Source: a virus (taxonomy: Duplodnaviria; Caudoviricetes). Taken from it: a DNA stretch of 24,750 nucleotides. Under the pieces are notes generated by a model. The model did no database searches, had not been told where the DNA came from, and saw only the letters and a program-made list of their open reading frames with translations. The stretch lies in the IMG/VR virus record IMGVR_UViG_3300020042_003181, positions 1-24,750 of that record; one strand, 5' to 3'. Below, in pieces: positions 15,782 through 23,256 of the stretch (positions are counted from its first letter, which is position 1; each line of letters opens with the position of its first letter). A program made the translations under genes and the position numbers.

Positions 15782-16822
15782 ATGGCTAAGCCAACAATCG
15801 TCACAAGAGCGGGTAAAGGCTCAGCATTAACTTTCGTTGAAGGTGATGCAAACTTTACCAACTTACAAAATGCTACCATATCAGTGGCAGGTGATTCAGG
15901 ATCTACACAAAGTTTAGATCTCAATGATACCCTAACAATTTCAGGTGGCACTGGTCTTTCATCAGCAATGACCACTGACACAGTTACACTTAATCTAGAC
16001 AATACCGCAGTTACAGCAGGTGCATATACCTATGCGTCAATCACTGTGGATGCACAGGGCAGATTAACTGCCGCTTCAAGCGGTGCTACACCATTAGTAT
16101 CAGGCGGTGCTTTAGGCACACCTAGTTCAGCTACATTAACTAATGCCACTGGATTGCCAGTAGGCACAGGTATTAGTGGACTAGGCACCAACGTGGCCAC
16201 AGCATTGGCAGTCAACGTGGGAAGTTCAGGTGCTGTTATAACCAATGGTGGTGCTCTAGGCACACCAAGTTCAGCTACATTAACTAATGCCACTGGATTG
16301 CCAATAGGCACAGGTATTAGTGGACTAGGCACAGGTGTTGCTACATTCCTAGCCACTCCAAGTTCAGCAAATTTAATCTCAGCAGTTACAGATGAAACAG
16401 GCACAGGTGCATTGGTATTTGCCACTTCACCAACATTGGTTACTCCAGTGCTAGGCACACCAGCAAGTGGTAATCTAACCAACACCACAGTGGATGGCAC
16501 CAACCCTGTGGGTTTTAGAGACTTGCCAGCAGTAGGCACCAAAACCACTTCTTATGCTTTGGTAGTAGGCGATGTAGGCAAGTATGTTCAAGTAGGCTCA
16601 GGTGGTTCAATCACTATTCCAGATGCAACATTTGCAGAAGGCGATGTTGTGGTTATTGCCAACAATCATTCTGCAGCCATAACCATTACCTGCACCATTA
16701 CCACTGCCTATATTGCAGGCACTGACACTGACAAGGCCACTGTGAGTCTTGCAACTCGTGGACTCTGCAACATTTTATTCTTGTCAGGCACAGTCTGCAT
16801 TATTTCTGGGAATGTCACATAA
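15782..16822 (+). CDS. Tail fibre protein
   Basis: N-terminal IVTRAGKGSALTFVEGDANFTNL, VTAGAYT..SITVDAQGRLTAAS, repeated LGTPSSATLTNATGLP and VTDETGTGALVFATSPTLVTP, all common phage fibre motifs. Confidence 0.8.
   Translation: MAKPTIVTRAGKGSALTFVEGDANFTNLQNATISVAGDSGSTQSLDLNDTLTISGGTGLSSAMTTDTVTLNLDNTAVTAGAYTYASITVDAQGRLTAASSGATPLVSGGALGTPSSATLTNATGLPVGTGISGLGTNVATALAVNVGSSGAVITNGGALGTPSSATLTNATGLPIGTGISGLGTGVATFLATPSSANLISAVTDETGTGALVFATSPTLVTPVLGTPASGNLTNTTVDGTNPVGFRDLPAVGTKTTSYALVVGDVGKYVQVGSGGSITIPDATFAEGDVVVIANNHSAAITITCTITTAYIAGTDTDKATVSLATRGLCNILFLSGTVCIISGNVT
16103..16332 (+). repeat. Intragenic direct repeat, ~86 bp unit at 144-bp spacing
   Basis: 16103-16188 and 16247-16332 are near-identical and encode GGALGTPSSATLTNATGLP(V/I)GTGISGLGT. 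Confidence 0.9.
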
Positions 16823-19128
16823 TGAGTGGCTTTCTATGTTCAATGGTTGGTGCCTCATTCACAGTGGCTGCAACTGGTCAAGTCCTGCGAGCAAAAAAAA
16901 CTATCACTGCTGTAGGCAATGCACAGGTTGATACTGCTCAAAGCCAGTTTGGTGGTGCAAGTGCCCTATTTGATGGCACTGGTGATTACCTAACCGTATC
17001 TACTGGAGCAGATTTAACTGATCTTACAGTTGAACTTTGGTATCGTGCCGCAACATTACCAGGAAGTGGCCTAGTGCCGTTGATCAATTTCAATAACACC
17101 TTGATGTATATTGGTTATAATGGTGCCAATACAGTCTATGACTACTTTGCCAACGGCTCAGGTAGAGTATCTCTCAACACCGTGGCTATTAGCACAGGCG
17201 TTTGGTATCACGTGGCTTTTGTTCGTTCAGGATCTAGTATCACAGTCTATCATAATGGCACCTCAGTGACCACAGGCACCTTTGGAACTGCTGTTGACTA
17301 TGGCACATATGGTGCTGAAATTGCCAAATATTCAAGTTATTTCTTTAATGGACACATGGATGAAATCCGTGTCAGTAATACTGCAAGATATACCACAACC
17401 TTTACACCATCAACCACACCATTCATTGATGACAGCAATACCCTGCTATTGATACACGCCAACGGCACAGATGCATCAACAGTATTTGAAGATGACAACG
17501 GCATTGGTCGCAGTCAAAATAATTTTAGATTTATAGGAAATGCACAAGTATCTACCGCAAGATCAAAGTTTGGTGGATCATCAGCATACTTTGATGGCAC
17601 AGGTGACTATGCAATTGCCGCAAACAGTATTACTTTTGCAGACAATCAAGATTTTACTTGGGAATTTTGGGTCAATGAAGATGTTTCACAAAATTGCAAA
17701 TACATAGGCGGTGAAATACAAAATGACATTTTTATAGGACACGACGGCAACGCATTTTCAAATAGACTAGGTGTTGGTGTTGTTAGTGTTGGTTGGTATA
17801 TAGATTTTGGTGAAACACTGGCTCTTGACACTTGGTATCATTTGTGTGTTCAGAGATCAGGTGACACAGTCTATGGATACATCAACGGTGTGCTCAAGGT
17901 CACTCACACAGGCACATTGGCCAATTGGGATTGGCATTGGCGTAAGGTGGTATTAGGTGCTGAAACCACAGGCAATACACCATTCAACGGTTATCTTGAT
18001 GAAATGCGTTGGAGCAACATAGTGAGATATGCCACTGCTGGATTCACACAACCCACAGCACCTTTTGTCAATGATGCCAATACTGTGTTGTTGGTTCACG
18101 CAGATGGCACCAATGCCTCAACTGTGCTCACAGATGACAATGCACAACTAACCGTAACACCTGCGGCCACAAGTGTTGACGAAGGCAGCAGCCTGACATT
18201 CAATGTGTCTACAATAGATACCTCAGATCAAACTTTATATTATACAGCAACCAACAGTGGTGACTTTGCTACCAGCAGTGGCAGTTTTAGTTTGGCCAGC
18301 AATGCAGGTAGTTTTTCATTGACTCCCACAGCAGACACAACCACAGAAGGTGCAGAAACATTTACTGCATCAGTAAGGATTGGCAGCACATCAGGTGACA
18401 TCATTGCCACAACACCATCAATAACAATCAATGACACCAGCGTGGCAACGGCATCAGCATTTACAGATGACGCCAATACAGTTTTATTAGCACACTTCAA
18501 TGGATCTAATAATTCTACATCATTTACAGATGATAACAGCAGTGGTAGGACCGCCAAGACAATTGGGTTTGATCCTGCTAACGCCTACACTGGTGGAGTG
18601 ATTTCAACAGCACAATCCAAATATGGTGGATCATCATTATATCTTTCTCAATCAGGAAATAATATGTTTGTGCAAGTCCCAGTTGCACAAAATGCAGATT
18701 TTGGATTCACAGGTGACTTTACAATAGAAGCATATGTTTATCAAACTGATAGTAGTGGTTTTAGAACTTTTATCAGTAACTGGGAAAATGCTTGGTTGTT
18801 GGCAATTAGCGGAGGCACCGCAATACAGTTCTATGCACTAGGAGCATTGAATATCAATGCAACTGGATTGACAATAACTTCTAATACTTGGCATCACATT
18901 GCTGTTACAAGAAGTGGATCAACAACAAAAATATGGTTCAATGGAACACAGGTTGGATCGTCAGGAACACTGTCAGGAACATTAACGGTAAATGATGCCA
19001 CTGGTATTGGGGTGAATATTAATAATAATCCATCAACTAATCCAAATTCATTCTTCCAAGGATACATTGATGAAATAAGAGTATCTAATATTTGTAGATA
19101 CACAGCAACTTTTACTCCAGGTCTATAA
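16822..19128 (+). CDS. Receptor-binding/fibre protein with three LamG (ConA-like) domains and one Calx-beta/Ig-like domain
   Basis: Three copies of S(Q/K)(F/Y)GG.S..F...W(Y/H)H.A..RSG....G..DE.R.SN..RY, plus SVDEGSSLTFNVST...ADTTTEGAETFT. Confidence 0.85.
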   Translation: MSGFLCSMVGASFTVAATGQVLRAKKTITAVGNAQVDTAQSQFGGASALFDGTGDYLTVSTGADLTDLTVELWYRAATLPGSGLVPLINFNNTLMYIGYNGANTVYDYFANGSGRVSLNTVAISTGVWYHVAFVRSGSSITVYHNGTSVTTGTFGTAVDYGTYGAEIAKYSSYFFNGHMDEIRVSNTARYTTTFTPSTTPFIDDSNTLLLIHANGTDASTVFEDDNGIGRSQNNFRFIGNAQVSTARSKFGGSSAYFDGTGDYAIAANSITFADNQDFTWEFWVNEDVSQNCKYIGGEIQNDIFIGHDGNAFSNRLGVGVVSVGWYIDFGETLALDTWYHLCVQRSGDTVYGYINGVLKVTHTGTLANWDWHWRKVVLGAETTGNTPFNGYLDEMRWSNIVRYATAGFTQPTAPFVNDANTVLLVHADGTNASTVLTDDNAQLTVTPAATSVDEGSSLTFNVSTIDTSDQTLYYTATNSGDFATSSGSFSLASNAGSFSLTPTADTTTEGAETFTASVRIGSTSGDIIATTPSITINDTSVATASAFTDDANTVLLAHFNGSNNSTSFTDDNSSGRTAKTIGFDPANAYTGGVISTAQSKYGGSSLYLSQSGNNMFVQVPVAQNADFGFTGDFTIEAYVYQTDSSGFRTFISNWENAWLLAISGGTAIQFYALGALNINATGLTITSNTWHHIAVTRSGSTTKIWFNGTQVGSSGTLSGTLTVNDATGIGVNINNNPSTNPNSFFQGYIDEIRVSNICRYTATFTPGL

Positions 19129-19137
19129 GGAATACTA

Positions 19138-21765
19138 ATGGATCAATTCTATTTTGAAGAAGGTTATCTAGAAGCCAGTTACTTCACTGTGATCCGTGAG
19201 GCTGTGGCAGCATTGCCTGTGGCTGTAACATTCGCAGCTCAAGGTGATATTGCTGACGCCACTGGCTACTACATCCCTGATTACATAGCAGTTGGGTATA
19301 TCAGTGGTGGAGAAATTAAACAAGCAGCGGCTGCATTAAGCTCAACATTCACACAAACTGTGGCAATTAGTCACATTAAAGGTGTTGATTTATTTGCGTT
19401 CAGTAATGCGGCCATTGCTGTACAAGTTCAACGAATTCGCAGCACCAACATCACTGCGTCCTCAGTTTTTGATATTGCTACCAATGTTCAAAGAATTCAA
19501 CAAGGTGATTGTGATGTTAACAGCATATTCTCTGCCATTATTAATGGACTCCGCAGCCGTGATGTCAATTTACAGACGCAGGCTGCGTTTTCTTTTGCGG
19601 CAAGTGTAGACAAACTAAAATTAGCACAGGCTGCGTTGTCTGTGTCATGTTCTATCTCAGTCACAGCAAGAAAGATCCGTGATGCTCACCTAACTGGCAC
19701 TGGCGTTGCGGCGTTGACCTGTTCACCAACTGTTTTAGGTGTGTTGTCAGCACAGTTGCAGAGCACTGCTGTGATAACTCCTAATGTTAGCAGAACCACA
19801 TTGGCAGCTTCAGCATTAACTGCGGTCAGTGCAATTTTAATTAGTAGGAATACAAACACTGGTAGGCCACGTGATTTTACCATAACTGGCACACTGACTT
19901 TTGACACAAGCATTAAGAAATTTGGCACAGCCAGTTATTTTTACAATGGTCAAGGTTTTCAAGATACAAATTATCTAACATATGCCAGCACATCTGACTG
20001 GTCCAAAACCAAAACCATTGATTTTTGGTGGTATCATGAAACACAGTCTAGCAGTTATCTTGATCAAAATACTATTTTAAGTTGGTATACAGACAGCAAC
20101 AATTTTAAAGAAATTAAGCTCAATCCTAGTAATAGTGCGGGTCTAAGACAAATTGTTATTGATCAATACATTGCTGGAGTTAGCACAGAAAAATATAGAA
20201 AATTATTAGCTGTTAATTCTTATCCAAATAATAATTGGTATCATTTTAGAATTTTAGATGATGGATCAAGTCTAACTGTGTGGCTTGATGGAACCCGCAT
20301 TGCCAAAGATTCAGGAACCTACATAGCAGGATTAACGCTAAATGCACCTCTAAGATTAGGACGTTTTAGCAGTCAGCCTGTGAGATTTGATGAACTGCTG
20401 ATTACACAAGAAATCTTAACAGCCAGTTCTGTTGCAAGTTTTACGCCGCCAGGCAGATGGAGTTTTACAGATCAAACCAATGTGTTATTGTTGAGTCATT
20501 TTGATCAAACTTACATTGATGATGTTTCTATAACACAATTAGCATCATCAACATTATCTTCAGTCGCTACAATTTCAGCAGCCTTGAGTGGGCCAGTACG
20601 TGCAGCCAGTGCATTGGTTGTCAACAGTTCATTGCAGGCCACTATCACCAACATCAAGGGTGCTGACCTCGTAGCGTTTGCCAATACCACATTAACAGTC
20701 AATGCAGATAAGTTACGCATTGCTGCCGCCAGTCTTGGTGTGGTAAGCAGTATCAGCACCACAGTGATCAAAACTGCCAGTGGGGTATCAAACCTTGCAG
20801 TCAGCAGTAGTTTAACAGCAAATGTGGCTAGAACAAGACCATTTACTGCTGGTTTCACTGCCTTTGTGAGCCAACTTGCTGTTGTGGTAAGAACAGCTGG
20901 ATTTATTTTAGATGACAGCATGGTATTTTCACAGACTGTCACAGCAAACAGAAACGCTGGAGCCACAGCAGGATTATCATCTGACTTTGCTGTTGCGTCT
21001 ACATCTACACGTATCAAACAATTCAATGCCGCTGTCACTGTGGTCAGCACCTTGTCAGCTAACGGCACTGTTGCAAAAATATCATCAGCTGACTTTGCGG
21101 TTGCTTCAAACATCAGTGCCACAGCAGATAGACTGCGAGGCACTGCCTTAACAGTTGCAATAAATTTTCAACTTGCTGCCATTGGCAACAATCTTACAAA
21201 AATTGAATTCCTTGCGTTTATTGCAGGATCATTCACGGTTGTTGCAAACAAAATCAACAACGGCATACTGTCAGCCACATCAACTACCACTGCCAGCATC
21301 GCAGTTAAACGCATAAGAAATGTTGGTGCCGCTTTAAGCAACACCGCTGTTATCACCACAGCGGCTGACAGGATCACAGTAGCCACCGCCACACTACAAG
21401 CATTTGTATCACAGATCACAGTGGCAGTTGAAATATCTAGCATACAAGCACAGTTGTCAGTGGTATCAAGTCTCACAGCGATAAGTAGCAGAACACGAGC
21501 AACAAGTGCCACATTTGTGACCAGCAGTGTCTTAACTGTGGTGATTGGTAAAATCAGTGGCACTGGTGCTGGGTTGACATCAGCATTTGCTCTCGCAGGC
21601 AATGGTGGCAAACGAGTTGGTGCTCAGGCTACAATTGCGTCAGCCATGCAGTTTGTGGCTGCAGTGCGTGAAATAAGATTGGATAACATCGTGTATGTTA
21701 TTCCAGGTGAAACAAGAGTGTATGTTATCAAAGGCGAGACTCGCATACATACAATTAGACAATAA
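19138..21765 (+). CDS. Long Ala/Ser/Thr-repeat fibre protein with inserted LamG-like domain
   Basis: 875 aa. N-terminal YFEEGYLEASYF/YYIPDYIAVGY motifs, ~20-aa A/S/T repeats, central KKFGTAS...TIDFW...NNWYH...FDELLI. The native stop may be TAG 21784-21786 (see findings). Confidence 0.75.
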   Translation: MDQFYFEEGYLEASYFTVIREAVAALPVAVTFAAQGDIADATGYYIPDYIAVGYISGGEIKQAAAALSSTFTQTVAISHIKGVDLFAFSNAAIAVQVQRIRSTNITASSVFDIATNVQRIQQGDCDVNSIFSAIINGLRSRDVNLQTQAAFSFAASVDKLKLAQAALSVSCSISVTARKIRDAHLTGTGVAALTCSPTVLGVLSAQLQSTAVITPNVSRTTLAASALTAVSAILISRNTNTGRPRDFTITGTLTFDTSIKKFGTASYFYNGQGFQDTNYLTYASTSDWSKTKTIDFWWYHETQSSSYLDQNTILSWYTDSNNFKEIKLNPSNSAGLRQIVIDQYIAGVSTEKYRKLLAVNSYPNNNWYHFRILDDGSSLTVWLDGTRIAKDSGTYIAGLTLNAPLRLGRFSSQPVRFDELLITQEILTASSVASFTPPGRWSFTDQTNVLLLSHFDQTYIDDVSITQLASSTLSSVATISAALSGPVRAASALVVNSSLQATITNIKGADLVAFANTTLTVNADKLRIAAASLGVVSSISTTVIKTASGVSNLAVSSSLTANVARTRPFTAGFTAFVSQLAVVVRTAGFILDDSMVFSQTVTANRNAGATAGLSSDFAVASTSTRIKQFNAAVTVVSTLSANGTVAKISSADFAVASNISATADRLRGTALTVAINFQLAAIGNNLTKIEFLAFIAGSFTVVANKINNGILSATSTTTASIAVKRIRNVGAALSNTAVITTAADRITVATATLQAFVSQITVAVEISSIQAQLSVVSSLTAISSRTRATSATFVTSSVLTVVIGKISGTGAGLTSAFALAGNGGKRVGAQATIASAMQFVAAVREIRLDNIVYVIPGETRVYVIKGETRIHTIRQ

Positions 21766-21786
21766 ACTCGCATACATACAATTTAG
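21691..21786 (+). repeat. 27-bp-period tandem repeat spanning the stop codon
   Basis: Units encode VYVIPGETR / VYVIKGETR / IHTIRQ*TR / IHTI*. Exact 18-bp repeat ACTCGCATACATACAATT at 21739-21756 and 21766-21783. Confidence 0.85.
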
Positions 21787-21795
21787 GAGAAGCAT

Positions 21796-22122
21796 ATGGC
21801 TATTTCAGGATTTGAACAAAGCATACAGGGTCTAACCACACGCAAGGACACCAATGCACAATTGATTTACACATTTGACTGGAGTGATTGGTTGCCCACA
21901 GGTGACACTATCACTGCCAGCAATTATGTCATCACAGCTCGTGCCAATGATCCAGATCCTTTGGCCATTCACACGCAGGGACGTACAACAACCACTACCT
22001 ATGTGGAACTCAAAGAAGGGCAAGAGGGCAAGGTATATTCAGTGAGTGTGCAGATTACCACTGCCAATGGTTTGATTGACAGACGCACATTTAGAGTCAA
22101 AGTTGAAAGGCGTTCAGCATAA
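21796..22122 (+). CDS. Putative fibre-tail adaptor protein
   Basis: KDTNAQLIYTFDWSDWLPTGDTI...G..GKVY.V...ITTANG..D.R.F matches a common small phage family (KDP...LDY.FDW..WL). RBS AGGAG. Confidence 0.7.
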   Translation: MAISGFEQSIQGLTTRKDTNAQLIYTFDWSDWLPTGDTITASNYVITARANDPDPLAIHTQGRTTTTTYVELKEGQEGKVYSVSVQITTANGLIDRRTFRVKVERRSA

Positions 22123-22316
22123 TGGCTACCTTAAAAGAACTGGCCAAAGAGATTGAAATAATCAAAACCAACCATCTTTCTCACATGGCTGAAGACATTG
22201 ACCGTGTGGAAAGCAAGGTAGATAGGATTGACAATAGAATTTGGGCCATTCTAATTATTCTATGTGGTGCCACATTTGTGCCACTTTTAGTCAGCATGTT
22301 CAAAGACACCTTATAA
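22122..22316 (+). CDS. Holin-like / XhlA-like membrane protein
   Basis: 64 aa with an N-terminal coiled coil and one C-terminal hydrophobic helix (IWAILIILCGATFVPLLVSMF), at the end of the tail module. Confidence 0.55.
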   Translation: MATLKELAKEIEIIKTNHLSHMAEDIDRVESKVDRIDNRIWAILIILCGATFVPLLVSMFKDTL

Positions 22317-22323
22317 GTATGTG

Positions 22324-22812
22324 ATGGACGATGAAGTATTCAAACAAAAACTGTCAGAAGTAGCAGAATGGCGTGTGCCCAAACTCAAAGAATGGGAAGT
22401 TGAACAAGCCAAGCAAAAGGCTCGCGGCAAAGGCCGTGCTTCACTTGAGGACTTGTACGAGGAAGAACACAACAAAATATTCTTAGAAATATTCAATGGT
22501 GTGAATCCCACATATGCTCCAGAAATCACCAAAATCAAAATACAAGCAGTGACCTGCGGTGACTGTGGTGAATTATGTGAACAAGGCAGACGCACTGAAA
22601 TCAAGTTCTGCGCCGCTGGTAGAAATGAAATGCCCTATCGCAAAGAACGCTGTGTGGAATGCAATCTCTATCGTGATCCTGTGACTGGCAAATTCTCAGT
22701 GAGCATGGGCAGAGCTGCTCACGTGTTTGCCCAGCATGCCAAACTGCTGTGGTTAGAAAACAAATCTGCTAAAAAAATCACATTATCTCAAGATTCTACC
22801 TCAGACAAATAA
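22324..22812 (+). CDS. Hypothetical protein with Cys motifs (CGDC...C...CVEC), putative Zn-binding
   Basis: Long open frame. ATG 22324 (or GTG 22321) lies just after TATAAGTA (22312-22319) with no SD sequence. Confidence 0.75.
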   Translation: MDDEVFKQKLSEVAEWRVPKLKEWEVEQAKQKARGKGRASLEDLYEEEHNKIFLEIFNGVNPTYAPEITKIKIQAVTCGDCGELCEQGRRTEIKFCAAGRNEMPYRKERCVECNLYRDPVTGKFSVSMGRAAHVFAQHAKLLWLENKSAKKITLSQDSTSDK

Positions 22813-22816
22813 ATAC

Positions 22817-22938
22817 ATGAGCAGAGACAATTCCGTTATTCTACCTGGATATGGGCTTGCTGTCATACCAAAGAGTTTTTCTATTGCCATTGAGAAACCG
22901 CTCTGTTAGAAACGTCCGCCTTGGGCGTTTCGCCTTTT
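22817..22938 (+). ncRNA. Candidate small multi-stem RNA between a TAAATA motif and a terminator-like hairpin
   Basis: TAAATA at 22810-22815. Closing stem 22820-22826/22901-22907, hairpins 22846-22870 and 22875-22898, final hairpin 22909-22931 followed by GCCTTTT. Confidence 0.55.
22909..22938 (+). terminator. Terminator-like hairpin
   Basis: GAAACGTCC / GGGCGTTTC form a 9-bp stem (one G:U) with loop GCCTT, followed by GCCTTTTGT. Confidence 0.6.
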
Positions 22939-22987
22939 GTGATATCACTTTTATCACGTTATTTTTATCTCGTGATAAATATTATCA
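22939..22987 (+). promoter_or_regulatory. Cluster of TATCAC/GTGATA inverted repeats overlapping a GATAAATA promoter motif
   Basis: Palindrome GTGATATCAC 22939-22948, TTTATCACG/CGTGATAAA 22950-22979, TGATAA-ata-TTATCA 22973-22987, and TAAATA 22976-22981. Confidence 0.55.
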
Positions 22988-23007
22988 GCAGGCAAATACC
23001 AAGGCAC

Positions 23008-23256
23008 ATGATGGCAACTCAAAAATATCTCAATCAAGCACTACAGTTAGCAACCATGGCGTTGCAGTACGCTGAATCACTGACTCCTAGGCAAAGACGA
23101 ACATTCCGTAGATTTCTCAAAGATTCAAAACTAGGCCACGAAATAAACCAAAAACAAATCACTAGAGTTCTAAGGCACTGTATCAAGGCACATCATCATC
23201 TAACACCTAAGGTTAGCGGGCCAGTTTGTAATACCGCTGTGGAAAAACTAGGGTAA
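23008..23256 (+). CDS. Small basic hypothetical protein (82 aa) whose 3' end overlaps the structured RNA
   Basis: ATG ATG at 23008/23011 downstream of the TAAATA motif, reading MMATQKYLNQ...PRQRRTFRRFLK...VEKLG. No canonical SD. Confidence 0.5.
   Translation: MMATQKYLNQALQLATMALQYAESLTPRQRRTFRRFLKDSKLGHEINQKQITRVLRHCIKAHHHLTPKVSGPVCNTAVEKLG

Noticed and set aside
16822-21765. Diversity-generating retroelement acting on the receptor-binding genes
   Set aside because: No reverse transcriptase and no adenine-specific TR/VR pair were seen. The LamG repeats are diverged at all positions.
21763-21765. Genome-wide stop-codon reassignment suggested by the in-repeat TAA
   Set aside because: TAA, TGA and TAG all terminate other genes cleanly, and coding density under the standard code is already high.
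268-22604. Numerous minus-strand and alternate-frame ORFs in the track (e.g. 6936..7565, 16030..16548, 20511..21143)
   Set aside because: They lie within well-supported + strand genes, lack RBSs, and are the expected shadows of Ala/Thr/Gly-rich codon usage.
22817-22938. tRNA gene
   Set aside because: It is multi-stem but lacks the TTCGA T-loop, D-loop GG, 7-nt anticodon loop and tRNA spacing.
22851-23075. Track ORF 22851..23075 and the TTG-start extension 22921..23007
   Set aside because: They run across a terminator hairpin and the operator/promoter cluster with no RBS. ATG 23008/23011 is the more plausible start.
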